Shown here: positions 28,192-38,673 of the stretch, piece by piece
How positions within the stretch are numbered: the first letter of the stretch is position 1
Layout: each line of letters opens with the position of its first letter
From: an uncultured Acidimicrobiales bacterium
Lineage (GTDB): Bacteria > Actinomycetota > Acidimicrobiia > Acidimicrobiales > UBA10347
Reading direction: 5' to 3'
DNA: 64,000 bases
Assembly (NCBI GenBank): GCA_943788915.1
Contig: CALSSD010000002.1
Coordinates: 135,812-199,811, forward strand
The notes under the pieces: generated by a model
Database searches by the model: none
What the model was told of the DNA's origin: nothing
Seen by the model: the letters and a program-made list of their open reading frames with translations, nothing else
Made by a program: the position numbers and the translations under genes

Positions 28192-29178
28192 CTAGTCGGT
28201 GGCGAGGGCAGCCGTTAGCTGACCGACGAGATCAGTTTCAGCCAGCTCATGAGCTGCGCGTACGGCATTAAGAATGGCAGTTGCCGATGATGAGCCGTGG
28301 CTGATCATGCACACGCCCTTCACCCCAACGAGGGCTGCACCGCCGACCGAGTCGGGGTTGGTGCGTTCGTACAGCGGAGCTAAGGCTGGCAGCAGCAGTT
28401 GAGCTCCTTGGCGTGCCTCGTCACTGGAATCAAACGCACCAAGGAGCGCATCGACGATGGCCTTAGCGGCCCCTTCGAGCGACTTGAGCGCAACATTGCC
28501 GGTGAAACCGTCGGTAACAATCACGTCGACATCGTCGCCGAGTAGATCGCGTCCTTCGACATTGCCGATGAAGTTGGCACCAGTGGCCTGCTGCCATCCT
28601 GATTCGCTCAACAGCGGGAAGGCCGCCTTGGTCAGCGGGGAGCCCTTGCTGGCTTCTTCGCCGTTGGACAACAGCCCGACCCGAGGGGTCTCGATGCCAT
28701 ATTTTGCCCGAGAGTACACGGCACCCATACGGGCAAAGAGCGCAAGTAGCTCAGGGGTGCAGTCCACATTGGCACCAGCATCGATCAAGATGTTGGGGGT
28801 GCCACCCGAAAACATCGGCAACGGGGTGGCAATAGCGGGACGCCCGACCCCTTTGATGCGTTTCATACGCAACGTGGCAGCGGTAAGGGCTGCGCCAGTA
28901 TTACCAGCGGAGACCATGCCAGACGCGCGACCGTCTCGGACCGCTTCAGCGGCACGAACAAGGCTCGAATCCTTCTTCGTTCGCACGCTCTTAGTTGGAT
29001 CCTCGTCCATGGCGATCACTTCAGAGGCCGCAATGACCTCGAGTGATGTCTCGCCAATGGCTTCGGGTTGCCCGACCAGAATGACGGGGATTCCCTCGTC
29101 GGCTGCTAGCTGGGCGCCCGCGACAATGTGAGCTGGAGCATGGTCGCCACCCATGGCATCGACCGCGATTGGGAGCAT
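28192..29178 (-). CDS. plsX: Phosphate acyltransferase PlsX
   Basis: IAVDAMGGDHAP, SAGNTGA, DAGAN, GNVEG, TDGFTGNVALK, SHGSS. Confidence 0.96.
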   Translation of the reverse strand: MLPIAVDAMGGDHAPAHIVAGAQLAADEGIPVILVGQPEAIGETSLEVIAASEVIAMDEDPTKSVRTKKDSSLVRAAEAVRDGRASGMVSAGNTGAALTAATLRMKRIKGVGRPAIATPLPMFSGGTPNILIDAGANVDCTPELLALFARMGAVYSRAKYGIETPRVGLLSNGEEASKGSPLTKAAFPLLSESGWQQATGANFIGNVEGRDLLGDDVDVIVTDGFTGNVALKSLEGAAKAIVDALLGAFDSSDEARQGAQLLLPALAPLYERTNPDSVGGAALVGVKGVCMISHGSSSATAILNAVRAAHELAETDLVGQLTAALATD

Positions 29179-29197
29179 GAGTGGCTACGACTCTATG

Positions 29198-29377
29198 TCA
29201 GGCGACGTCGATGACCTGGCGGCCGCCATAGTGGCCGCAGTTACCACACACGCGATGTGGCACCTTGACCTGGGCACACTGCGGGCACGTGCTGCGCGGT
29301 GGGACCTTGAGTGACCAGTTTGAAGCCCGGCGAGCACGAGTCTTCGCCTTAGAGGTCTTCTTCTTTGGAACTGCCAT
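29198..29377 (-). CDS. rpmF: 50S ribosomal protein L32, Zn-binding form (not in ORF track)
   Basis: [59 protein letters not shown]. Confidence 0.96.
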   Translation of the reverse strand: MAVPKKKTSKAKTRARRASNWSLKVPPRSTCPQCAQVKVPHRVCGNCGHYGGRQVIDVA

Positions 29378-29480
29378 CGGGCTCTCCCGGTTTACGAACG
29401 ACCCAGAAGACTACCGCGAACAAACCCAATCCGACTCTCTGTCGGCGAGTTCTTTTGCGTTTCTTTGGTACTGGTTGTGA

Positions 29481-29993
29481 CTACTCGTTGAAGGTAATCT
29501 CGGACAAAGCTGCCCACCGCGGGTCAGCCGGCGGCGGTTCGTCGGGGTCCGGTTCGACCACAACGGTCGTAGGGAAACGATCAGGGTCGGGCCCTGCACA
29601 GTCCTCGCTGCACAACGGCGCAACCGGCAGGTTCAACAGCACGGTCTCACGCACCATTGGTTCCAGATCGACCTCGTTCTCCGCCAACAGATAGGTCTCT
29701 CCTTCCACGGGACGTGCCTGAAAGACCTCGCGAAGCGTGATGGTGGTCGTGCCGTCTCGGTCTTCGAGGCAACGGCGACACGGCCCGGTCCAGTCGACCA
29801 GGATCTGGCCGAAAGCGATCAACTCTTCACCTGCGCCTTCGAGCTTCAGGTCAAGATGCAGCTGCGTGGCCCGCACTTCGGCGGTTTCGAGCACCACGCC
29901 CTCTGGCGGTGGGAACGACAACTCAAAATGGTGTTGGGTTCCCGGCTTACGCTTGAGCGGTGTGATGTCGACAGTGAGCGCCGACGTGGCCAT
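29481..29993 (-). CDS. YceD/DUF177 protein
   Basis: CRRCL, VDLEPMVRE, PLCSEDCAG, DPRWAAL; upstream of rpmF. Confidence 0.92.
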   Translation of the reverse strand: MATSALTVDITPLKRKPGTQHHFELSFPPPEGVVLETAEVRATQLHLDLKLEGAGEELIAFGQILVDWTGPCRRCLEDRDGTTTITLREVFQARPVEGETYLLAENEVDLEPMVRETVLLNLPVAPLCSEDCAGPDPDRFPTTVVVEPDPDEPPPADPRWAALSEITFNE

Positions 29994-29996
29994 GAA

Positions 29997-30632
29997 CTAG
30001 TACCCCTGTGCTTCGGGAGGAAGCGGTGCCTGGAGCGGGTCACCCATCGGCGACTGCGTTGGTGCCGGGTGAGGGTCATCAAGTGGATGCGTAGTTTGTG
30101 GCAGGGCTTGTTCGCCAAGTTCATCCAGCAGGTTGCCCTGCAACTTGGCGCGGCCAGCACCGACCTGCTGCAACGTACGTTGCAGGACGTTCTCGAAACT
30201 TCCGAGCTTCTGGTCGCAGTAGTCTTCGGCCTCGAGCCTGAGTCGCCGTGAATCAGTTTCGGCGGTTTCGAGCACCTTGCGAGCGCGTGCCTCGGCGGCC
30301 TTAACGACCTGGGTTCGTTGCACCATCTGCTCAGCCCGATTGCGAGCTAACGCAACGATTTCGTCGCCCTCGCGTCGCATCTTCGCACGAAACTCCTCGC
30401 GCTCCTTCAGAAGCCAACGAGCCGAACGGAGTTCATCAGGCATGTTCGCCTGAATCTCGTCGATCCGGGCGAGCACGTCGTCCTTGTTGATCGTGGAACT
30501 GGCAGACAGAGGAAGCGGACGAGCAGACTCGATCACGTAACGAAGCTCGGCTACGAGATCGGCAACTCCAGCGGGCGCCCCCTGGGCAGGGGCGGCTCCG
30601 TGTATGTCATCGAATGGGGGTGAATCAGTCAC
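29997..30632 (-). CDS. SepIVA/DivIVA-like coiled-coil protein
   Basis: ARPLPLSAS, PDELRSARWLLKERE, EAEDYCDQKL; coaD-X-yceD synteny. Confidence 0.8.
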   Translation of the reverse strand: MTDSPPFDDIHGAAPAQGAPAGVADLVAELRYVIESARPLPLSASSTINKDDVLARIDEIQANMPDELRSARWLLKEREEFRAKMRREGDEIVALARNRAEQMVQRTQVVKAAEARARKVLETAETDSRRLRLEAEDYCDQKLGSFENVLQRTLQQVGAGRAKLQGNLLDELGEQALPQTTHPLDDPHPAPTQSPMGDPLQAPLPPEAQGY

Positions 30633-31113
30633 TACCCGCCATTTTGGCACGCAAACGTGCCAAAACCGGACCAGGCACCATGGAACTTACATCGCCGCCC
30701 AATCGCGCTATCTCTCGGATGTACTTCGAGGCGATAAACGAACTCACCGATGTCGATGGCAAGAACATGGTTTCGACGCCTGAAAGCTGCTTGTTGATCT
30801 GGGCCTGTTGCAGTTCACTTTCGAAGTCGCCTGAAGCCCGAAGGCCTTTGATGATGAAATCGACATCGTTATCACGGGCCAGATCTATGACCAGTCCGCT
30901 ATGCATCAACGGCGTCACGTTGGCCATGCCCGCAAAGGCTTCGGCGATGATTTCGAACCGCTCCTCGAGCGTAAAGACGCCGCTGCCTTTGCCCGGATTG
31001 CCGACGACGGCAACAAACACCTCGTCGAACGCACGAGCGGCAGTTTCCACAATCTCGATATGGCCATTGTGGATTGGATCAAATGACCCTGGATAGAGCA
31101 CTCGTGTCGTCAC
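30625..31113 (-). CDS. coaD: Pantetheine-phosphate adenylyltransferase
   Basis: YPGSFDPIHNGH, KGLR, DFESELQ; RBS AAGGAG before GTG 31113. Confidence 0.96.
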   Translation of the reverse strand: MTTRVLYPGSFDPIHNGHIEIVETAARAFDEVFVAVVGNPGKGSGVFTLEERFEIIAEAFAGMANVTPLMHSGLVIDLARDNDVDFIIKGLRASGDFESELQQAQINKQLSGVETMFLPSTSVSSFIASKYIREIARLGGDVSSMVPGPVLARLRAKMAGSD

Positions 31114-31145
31114 CCGTTGGACTCCTTTGTCGCAGCGTCGGTGTC

Positions 31146-31673
31146 TCAGGAACCGAAATCGGGTCCGCTGATTATCGTCACCACGGTACTTCCATAGGTC
31201 CGCTCCCGCAGTAATCCCCACGGTTCAACGACAACAATCGGCGCGTTGGATTCTGCAACCAGCACCGTTGCGTCGGCGGTGGTTTGCAGGAGTTCCCACG
31301 CATCGAAGTCATAGGGCGGGTCAGCGATAACCACGTCGAAGTGGCCAGCGGTTGCGATCCACCGCATCGAGTCGGTCGCAATAACCGTTGACTCGTCGGC
31401 GAAACCGAGCGTGTCGATATTTTTGCGCAGGGCAGCGAGGGCAGCCCGATCACGCTCTATGAAGGTGACATGAGCTGCACCCCGGCTCAGCGCTTCGAGG
31501 CCGAGCGCGCCGCTTCCAGCGAACAGGTCCACATAGGTCGCGTCGTCGATCACATCGAGGCTGAACAACGCGTTGAACGTCGCCTCGCGTACCCGATCGG
31601 TCGTGGGGCGGGTCGCTGAGCCGTCGGGTACGACGAGCTTTCGACCACGTGCTGTTCCGGCAACTATGCGCAC
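31146..31673 (-). CDS. rsmD: 16S rRNA m2G966 methyltransferase
   Basis: MRIVAGTARGR, RPTTDRVREA, DLFAGSGALGLEALSRGA, DPPY. Confidence 0.95.
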   Translation of the reverse strand: MRIVAGTARGRKLVVPDGSATRPTTDRVREATFNALFSLDVIDDATYVDLFAGSGALGLEALSRGAAHVTFIERDRAALAALRKNIDTLGFADESTVIATDSMRWIATAGHFDVVIADPPYDFDAWELLQTTADATVLVAESNAPIVVVEPWGLLRERTYGSTVVTIISGPDFGS

Positions 31674-31737
31674 CCGTGCAGTATGCCGGAACCACGGCTG
31701 GTCACGGGCGTTGCAACAGCACCAGTAGAGTCACCGG

Positions 31738-31905
31738 GTGGACGTGCCAGACGAGATCATCTGTGTCGAGTGCCAAGGCACCTGTTATCGACTGACCCAA
31801 CGGCCCGAGGACGACCCGTTTCTGCCCGGCGACTTTGTGGCATACCGCTGCCCTGATTGTGCAGAACGTTTCGACCTGGTCATGGAAGCAGACGAAGACG
31901 ACTAG
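31738..31905 (+). CDS. Small Zn-ribbon-like protein, 55 aa (not in ORF track)
   Basis: MDVPDEIICVECQGTCYRLTQRPEDDPFLPGDFVAYRCPDCAERFDLVMEADEDD*; two CxxC motifs; TAGAGT-N6-GTG. Confidence 0.8.
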   Translation: MDVPDEIICVECQGTCYRLTQRPEDDPFLPGDFVAYRCPDCAERFDLVMEADEDD

Positions 31906-31920
31906 TCCCCATGGGGTACG

Positions 31921-32532
31921 TCATCGCGGCGTTCGCCAAAAGTGACGCAGCGGTGGCGAGTCTTCAACCGTAATCTCGCCAGTCTCGACGTAGCCGTGAC
32001 GCTGATAGAAGCCGTAGTTACGAGGGTTGCTCGACTCGAGGAACGTCGGTATGCCCAGCTTGTCGGCCTGCGCGACCATCGTTGTGAGTACCGCGCTGCC
32101 CAAGCCCTGGTTCTGATGATCAGGGTGGGTGCCAAGGATGCCGAGATACCAGTGGGGCTCGTCGGGACGGTGTCGCTTCATCGTCTCGCTAAGTTTGCCG
32201 GTTAGGGAGATTCGATCACCGATCTGTCCAGCGAAGGCTGCGAAATGGGGACCGGTTTGTTCGTCGCGGAGCTGCTCATTGTCCGGCGAAGAGCTTCCGG
32301 CTGGAGCCGACCACAGCGCGACGGCGCCGCATCCCGTGGCAACGTGGATCGCATCGACCGGTGTGCTCTGGGCGACAAGCATGCGAGCAAGCACGATTCC
32401 AGTCTCGATCGGGATTGTCTGATCACCGGTGTTATAGATCCATTGCCAGATCGGATCGTCGGCGAACGACGCCGCAACCGTGGTCGCCACGGCTTCGAGT
32501 TGTTCTTGACCGACTCTTTGCACCTCAGACAT
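31921..32532 (-). CDS. GNAT acetyltransferase (puromycin N-acetyltransferase-like)
   Basis: SFADDP, HWYLGILGTHPDHQNQGLGS, FLESSNPRNYGFYQRHG. Confidence 0.88.
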   Translation of the reverse strand: MSEVQRVGQEQLEAVATTVAASFADDPIWQWIYNTGDQTIPIETGIVLARMLVAQSTPVDAIHVATGCGAVALWSAPAGSSSPDNEQLRDEQTGPHFAAFAGQIGDRISLTGKLSETMKRHRPDEPHWYLGILGTHPDHQNQGLGSAVLTTMVAQADKLGIPTFLESSNPRNYGFYQRHGYVETGEITVEDSPPLRHFWRTPR

Positions 32533-32548
32533 GGCACCATCTTGGTCC

Positions 32549-33265
32549 ATGGATGACCTCGAACAAGCTTCACCGTGGGCGTTACAGCTCGCCGCTCGGG
32601 TCGAGAAACTCGATCCGCCCACGATCCCCGCTGTATGTGCAGCAGCCGCATTAGCCACGATCGAACTGCTCGACGACGACCGATCACGGCCAGACGGCAT
32701 CTGGCATACATCGGTCCAGACGTGGAACGGTGAGCGCATCAGGAAGATCGTGCGCCGTGCACGTGCGTCTGCATGGGACAAGGCGCAAGCGATCAGTGGC
32801 GTCACCGTTCAACGAGATGGGGCCGAGGTCCGGGCCTTCGTCCCGTCGCCTATGGACCAAGCTCCACGCGAGGTAACGAAACTTCAGATTCAGTCGACGG
32901 CGCTCGACGAGGTCGGACCCATAGGTGAGTTACCCGAACTTGCGCCTGGGACGCTTGTCATCGCGATCACGCCCCACTTTGCGATGAGCTGGGGCAAACA
33001 AGCAGCCCAAAGCGCCCATGCCGGACAACGGGCATGGATGTTCGCGGAACCGGCCACGATCCGGGCATGGGACCAGGCCGAACGACCAATCGCAGTGATT
33101 CACCCCGACGCAACGTTATGGGCGGCGCTTGATGACGTGGCGACAACCCGCATTCACGACGGCGGCTTCACCGAGATTCCGCCCGGCACCAACAGCTCGA
33201 TCGCTTGGTTCTCGAGCTCATTCGGTTACTCAGCTGATCACAGCGAACTCTCGAAGCACTTGTAG
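32549..33265 (+). CDS. PTH2-like peptidyl-tRNA hydrolase
   Basis: RIRKIVRRAR, KLQI, MSWGKQAAQSAHA, IHDGGFTEIPPGT. Confidence 0.85.
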   Translation: MDDLEQASPWALQLAARVEKLDPPTIPAVCAAAALATIELLDDDRSRPDGIWHTSVQTWNGERIRKIVRRARASAWDKAQAISGVTVQRDGAEVRAFVPSPMDQAPREVTKLQIQSTALDEVGPIGELPELAPGTLVIAITPHFAMSWGKQAAQSAHAGQRAWMFAEPATIRAWDQAERPIAVIHPDATLWAALDDVATTRIHDGGFTEIPPGTNSSIAWFSSSFGYSADHSELSKHL

Positions 33266-33835
33266 AGCCGCTTCTGGACCTTTGGCAAGCCCTGCCTGAA
33301 GTCCTGCTGCGTGAGCTCCATCGACATTGATCTGATTGTCATCGATGAAGAGGACCTGGTCGGCAGGTAATCCCAGATCGGCGACACAGTGGTCAAAGAA
33401 GTCGCGATCAGGTTTCACCAACCCAAGCTCGAAGGACAGATACGCCCGGGGGCATAGGCCTTGGATAGTCACAGCATCTCGCTGATTCTCCCAATGGAGG
33501 GCGCTGGTGTTGCTCAGCAGGCCAGTGATCACATGGTCAGGCACCGACGCCACCAGGTCGACTGCCCCTGGATACAGGCCTTGTGGGAACGCGACGAACC
33601 GCTCGATGAACGCTTCAGTAGTGCCTTTGAGTTGGAGTTCATCAACGATCGTTTCGGCAAAATGTTCAACGCTGCACCGCCCACGCTCGAATTGTTGCAC
33701 CGCATCACTCAAGATCCATCCGTTCCAGATCTCGTCTGGATTTAGTGTCGAAGGTCCAAGCACATTCTCGAGCGAGTCGAGTTGCACGATCACACCACCC
33801 ATGTCGAACAGCACAGCCTTGATGTCACCCATCAT
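33230..33835 (-). CDS. HAD-family phosphatase
   Basis: LFDMGGV, LSNT, VKPD, FIDDNQIN. Confidence 0.9.
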   Translation of the reverse strand: MMGDIKAVLFDMGGVIVQLDSLENVLGPSTLNPDEIWNGWILSDAVQQFERGRCSVEHFAETIVDELQLKGTTEAFIERFVAFPQGLYPGAVDLVASVPDHVITGLLSNTSALHWENQRDAVTIQGLCPRAYLSFELGLVKPDRDFFDHCVADLGLPADQVLFIDDNQINVDGAHAAGLQAGLAKGPEAALQVLREFAVIS

Positions 33836-33861
33836 CAGATCCTAGAGAGTCTCGCCCCAAT

Positions 33862-33895
33862 GTCTCAGCGTGTTCGCCGTCTCAGCGTGTTCGCC
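33862..33895. repeat. 17-bp perfect tandem duplication
   Basis: GTCTCAGCGTGTTCGCC x2. Confidence 0.85.
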
Positions 33896-33944
33896 GCCAC
33901 GAAGCCAATGGGGCTGCACCTATGCCCGAGATCTACGGTGGCAC

Positions 33945-34076
33945 ATGAGCATTCTCGAAGATTTCTCGCTGAGCGGCAGACGGGCTGTGGCGACCCGCTG
34001 CGCCGCCGTCTTCCTGGCCTCCCCCGCCGCCAGCTGGACCACCGGCCAGGTATTGCTCGTGCACGGTGGCCGATGA
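33945..34076 (+). pseudogene. Internally deleted SDR remnant, 43 aa
   Basis: An SDR N-terminus MSILEDFSLSGRRAVAT is fused to an SDR C-terminus AAVFLASPAASWTTGQVLLVHGG; the core is missing. Confidence 0.7.
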
Positions 34077-34352
34077 CTGATCGGTTGTTACCTGATGGTT
34101 TGACGCCGGGGCGCACAACCCCGTCGTTCACCCACGAGACGGTGCCGAACGCCTTGCGTAATGCACACCACACCACCGTGTGGGCCGAACTCATCGTCGA
34201 GCGGGGCTCTGTGTTGTTCGTCGAGGAGGACCCGACGATGGCAGGTCCTCGTCACTGCCGATTCATCACAACCCATCGTCCCCAACCGCAAACACCATGT
34301 GGAACCGGAGCCCGGAGCCGTGTTCCGGGTCCAGTTCTACGACGGCCCGTAA
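34073..34352 (+). CDS. DUF1971/YeaR-like cupin, frameshifted near 34235
   Basis: RTTPSFTHETVPNALRNAHHTTVWAELIVERGSV, then IVPNRKHHVEP...FRVQFY in another frame. Confidence 0.7.
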
Positions 34353-34472
34353 ACCAGTCCCCCGCCCTGGCTGCGCTCAGAACTGTTCACCCAGCGCTTC
34401 TCACCCAGCGCTTTCTATCTGAAGCTCTCGGGCACCAATCGTTGTCAGAGCAACTTCGCCCGACGGTGTCCG

Positions 34473-36677
34473 TTAGCTCTTGAGTAGGAAGTCGGTTTCG
34501 TCGTCGGCGAGAAGGGTGTCGACCTCCGCCAGCAGGAGCGGATGGTTGCCGAGGGTCGGATCGCTGTCAAGAATCGAGAACGCGTCCTCGCGTGCCTTCT
34601 CGACCCAGTAACGGTCGCGCCGCAACGATGCCAGTTTGAGGTCGCTTCGACCCTTTTGCCGTTCGCCCATGATCGTGCCTTCGCCCCGCAACTCGAGATC
34701 GATCTCGGCAAGTTCGAAGCCGTCGGTCGAGTCGACAAGCGCCTGCAGGCGCGACACCGAGATCTCGGTTGCGCCGCTGGCCACCAGGTAACAGAACGAC
34801 TGGTGGGCGCCACGGCCGACACGACCCCGCAACTGGTGCAGCTGGGCGATGCCGAAACGATCCGCGTCGAGGATCACCATCACGGTTGCGTTCGGCACAT
34901 CGACGCCGACCTCGATCACCGTCGTGGCGACGAGGGCATCGAGGCGACCGGCTCGGAACTGCGCCATGGTCGCTTCCTTCTCGGCCGAACTCACACGCCC
35001 GTGGAGCAGCCCAAGTGCTGAGTCCTTCAGTTCTTCGGCTTGCAACCGCACGAAGGTCTCTTCGGCGGAACTGGCTTCGAGTTTGGCGCTCTCTTCGACC
35101 AACGGCGTCACGATGTAGGCCTGGCGGCCGGCAGCAAGTTCGGCGCGCACGTGGCCCCACATAGCGGCTTCGGCATTGGGGTCGACACCGGTCAGGTCAA
35201 GTTTGCCTTCGTCGTTTTCGAACGGCTGTCGCACCCATGTTGTCTGGATTGGTTGGCGCCCGATGGGCATCTCATCGAGCACCGAGACGTCGAGATCGCC
35301 ATAGACCGTCATGGCTGCGGTTCGAGGAATTGGCGTTGCGGTCATGACTAAAACGTCGGGCACGGCCTCGCCAGCGCCCTTGTCCCGAAGCGCCGCTCGT
35401 TGTTCAACACCGAAACGATGCTGCTCGTCGATGACCACCATGCCCAGCGATGGGAAAGCTGACCGAGTCCTGGATCAGCGCATGGGTGCCAATCAACAAA
35501 TCAATGCGTCCCTCGGCTAGACCGGCATCGATCTTGCGCCGTTCGGCCGCAGTTGTGCGGTTGGAGAGCAGAGCGATGCCCAGCGGCCGTGTCGTCATCA
35601 ACGATCCCTGACTCTGCGACGGGTCGATGTCGACTTCGAGTCCTTCGACCATCTCTCGAATGCTGGCGAAATGTTGCTCGGCCAGCACCTCGGTCGGGGC
35701 CATCAGAGCGCCCTGATGTCCGCCCTGCACCGCTGCCAATAGCCCGGCCACCGCAACGATCGTCTTACCGGCACCAACGTCACCCTGCAGAAGTCGATGC
35801 ATCGGGGCCCGGGCCCGCAGATCGCCGAACATCTCTTCGATCGTGCGACGCTGCGCATTGGTCGGCTCGAACGGCAATGCATCGAGGAAAACGATCAACA
35901 AGTTCGCCGTCGGGATCGTGGGTGACGCCCACCGTGGTGGTTTCAAGTTCGCGTTTGCGACGGACAAGCGCGACCTGAATACGAAACAGTTCGTCGTAGA
36001 TCAGCCGGCGACGAGCAAGCTCAACCTGTCTGAGGGATTCCGGCACGTGAATGTGGAGCAGAGCTGTCGCCCTGATCGATGAGACCATGGCGCTGGAGCA
36101 GCTGCGGCGGAACCGGGTCGGCCAAACCGCGTTGTCTGCTTCGGCGCAACGTCTCGCCAACCGCCGATGAGATCTCGGCCGTGCCGATGCCAGCCTTTTC
36201 GCTATTCGGGTACACCGGCACGATGCGGCCGGTCTGGTCTCCGATCAGGTCCACGATCGGATTCGTCATCTGGCGGGAGCCGCGGAACTCCTCGCACTTA
36301 CCGAAGATGACGGCGGTCATGCCAGCACGAAGCGTTTTTGTGCGCCAAGCCTGGTTGAAGAACGTGATCCGGAGCCTGCCGGTGCGATCTTTGACATCGA
36401 CGAACACCATGGTTCGCTTGTTGTTCTTGGTGCGCCGGCTGGTCACGTTCACGATCTCGACCATGACCATGCCCTCTTCGCCAGGGAAGAGTTCTTCAAT
36501 CGTGGTGTCGTTCGTTCGGTCGATGTACCGACGGGGATAGGTCGTGAGCACGTCGTACAACGTGTACACGTCGAGCGCTGCGAATCCGGCTTGCCGCTTG
36601 GGGCCAACTCCGGTCAGACGGTCGACGGTCATGCCGTCTAGCTCGGCCAGCGTGATTCCCTGAGCGCTCTCCCCCAT
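34473..36677 (-). CDS. recG: ATP-dependent DNA helicase RecG, three frameshifts
   Basis: YPRRYID, IVPVYP, RLLQGDVGAGKT, IDEQHRFGVEQR, MTATPIPR, QLHQLRGRVGRG across four ORFs; breaks near 36070, 35890 and 35455. Confidence 0.92.
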
Positions 36678-36797
36678 CAGCACCAATCTAAACCAGCCCA
36701 CCGACAGCACCGCGCACCTGCATCTGCGAGTAACGCACGGGTGCCTGGCACCGATGCGTTACTAATGGGTAGCGAAGCGGTCCGGGGTCAACGACCT

Positions 36798-38477
36798 CTA
36801 TTCGATACCGAGGTAGTAGTGGTAGAGCGGCTGCTCGCCTTGATGCACTTCGATATCGATATCGGGGTGGTGGTCCTCGAGCCAGGCTTCGATAAGCGAC
36901 GTGCCGGCTTCGGTGGCATCGTCGCCAGCGATCAGCGTCAGGAGCTCGTGGTCCTCGGCGAGCAGTGACTCGATCAAGTTGGTGGTGGCAGTGACGACGT
37001 CGGACGCCACTGCGGTGATACCAGCGGGGCCGATACCGATGTAGTCACCAGCGGTGACGGGACCCGCATCGCTGTTTGCGTCGCGCACGGCCTGGGTTAC
37101 TTCGCCAGCAACAATGCTCGATGCCGCTTCGGTCATAGATACAGCGTTGTCATCAGCGGCAGCTTCAGGATCAAATTCAAGCAGCGCCGCGAAGCCTTCG
37201 GTGATGCTGCGGGTTGGGACAACCCGCACGATCTTGTCGGTCAGGTCATTGACCTGGTTCGCGACCGGGATGATGTTCTTGTTGTTCGGCAGCAGCAACA
37301 CTTCGTCGGCTGGTACCTGATTCACGGCATGCAACAGGAGTTCAGTCGGCGGGTTCATTGTTTGGCCGCCAAGCACCATTGCAGTCGCGCCGAGCGACTC
37401 GAAGATCGCTCGGATACCTTCGCCAACACCAACGGTGATCACGCCACATCGCGACTGTTCGGTTGCGTTGACGATGATGCTGGCTTCGGTGCCATCGGGC
37501 TGGGCTGGAGCATTCGGATCGACGAGCGATTCCATGTGCTCGAGTTCTTCGAGCAGGTCGGTGACCCGGATCTTGTGAGGGCGACCAACGGCGATGCCGG
37601 CTTCGATGCAGCCGCCGATGTCGTCGCTGTGGATATGGCAGTTCCAAATGCCGTCGCCGCCAACGACCACGATCGAGTCGCCGATCTCGGCCCATGCCGA
37701 GCGGAACTCGTCGATGCGGTCATCGTTTGCGTCGAGGAAGAACATGACCTCGTACCGGAGGTCGGCGATGCTCTTCTCGCCGTTGTTCGCTGCTGGAGCG
37801 GGCGCTGGTGCTTGGGAGACTCGCACGAAGTCTGTTGGAGCAATAGGCAGCTCACGTCCGTCGATGGTGTGCAGCAATGCATCGAGCAGGAGTAGCAGGC
37901 CCTGACCCCCAGCATCGACGACACCAGCGTCTTTCAGCACCGGGAGCATGTCGGGTGTGCGAGCGAGCGCATCGTGGCCCTGGGCCTGACCGGCTTCGAG
38001 TGTGGCGACCAAATCTGCGCCGGTTTCGGCGGCAGCGGTTGCGCCCTCGGCGACTTCGCGCACGACGGTGAGGATCGTGCCTTCGACCGGACGCTGGACT
38101 GCGCCGTACGCAGCTGTGGCGGCAACGGCAAACGCCTTGGCCCAAATCTGAGCGTCTTCACCGCCCGCAGCACTTTCGGCTCGGACCGTGTCGGCCAGGC
38201 CTCGCAGGATCTGGGACATGATCACACCCGAGTTACCGCGGGCACCCATGAGCGAACCATGGCTGATCGCCTTGCAGACCTCGTCGAGATCTTCGGCACC
38301 TTCGAGTTCGGCGCATACCGACTCGAGGGTCAACGACATGTTCGTGCCGGTGTCGCCGTCGGGGACGGGGTACACGTTGAGCGCGTTGATCATTTCCTTA
38401 TGACCAAGAAGCAGGTCGCGGAAGGTCGCAATGACAGATTGGATTTCTCGCGCGCCAAGTCGCTGGGCCACAGACAC
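36798..38477 (-). CDS. DAK2-domain fatty acid kinase subunit A-like (YloV)
   Basis: NVYPVPDGDTGTNM, GARGNSGVI, EGTILTV, VVDAGG, GGQTMNP, LPNNKNI. Confidence 0.93.
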   Translation of the reverse strand: MSVAQRLGAREIQSVIATFRDLLLGHKEMINALNVYPVPDGDTGTNMSLTLESVCAELEGAEDLDEVCKAISHGSLMGARGNSGVIMSQILRGLADTVRAESAAGGEDAQIWAKAFAVAATAAYGAVQRPVEGTILTVVREVAEGATAAAETGADLVATLEAGQAQGHDALARTPDMLPVLKDAGVVDAGGQGLLLLLDALLHTIDGRELPIAPTDFVRVSQAPAPAPAANNGEKSIADLRYEVMFFLDANDDRIDEFRSAWAEIGDSIVVVGGDGIWNCHIHSDDIGGCIEAGIAVGRPHKIRVTDLLEELEHMESLVDPNAPAQPDGTEASIIVNATEQSRCGVITVGVGEGIRAIFESLGATAMVLGGQTMNPPTELLLHAVNQVPADEVLLLPNNKNIIPVANQVNDLTDKIVRVVPTRSITEGFAALLEFDPEAAADDNAVSMTEAASSIVAGEVTQAVRDANSDAGPVTAGDYIGIGPAGITAVASDVVTATTNLIESLLAEDHELLTLIAGDDATEAGTSLIEAWLEDHHPDIDIEVHQGEQPLYHYYLGIE

Positions 38478-38673
38478 GGCGGTAATCGTAGGCGGTTGGA
38501 GACCAACTTGAATCTATGAACACAGGGATTGGTGGTCAGACGGAAGAATTTCGCCATTGCTCAGCGGAAATCGAGTGCCGACGCAATGGATTCTGCATGA
38601 CCCGTTGTGACCGATAGCGCGCAAACGACCCACGGACATGATGTGCCAGGTCAGCAAGGACTACCGTCGTGTC

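Noticed and set aside
34473-36677. Programmed ribosomal frameshifting or true pseudogenisation of recG
   Set aside because: Three independent +1 homopolymer insertions, no slippery heptamer, and the same pattern in unrelated genes fit sequencing error better.
38478-38673. Expected rpmB (L28) next to the DAK2 gene
   Set aside because: I found no L28-like frame in the gap. It is probably relocated, which cannot be assessed from this window.
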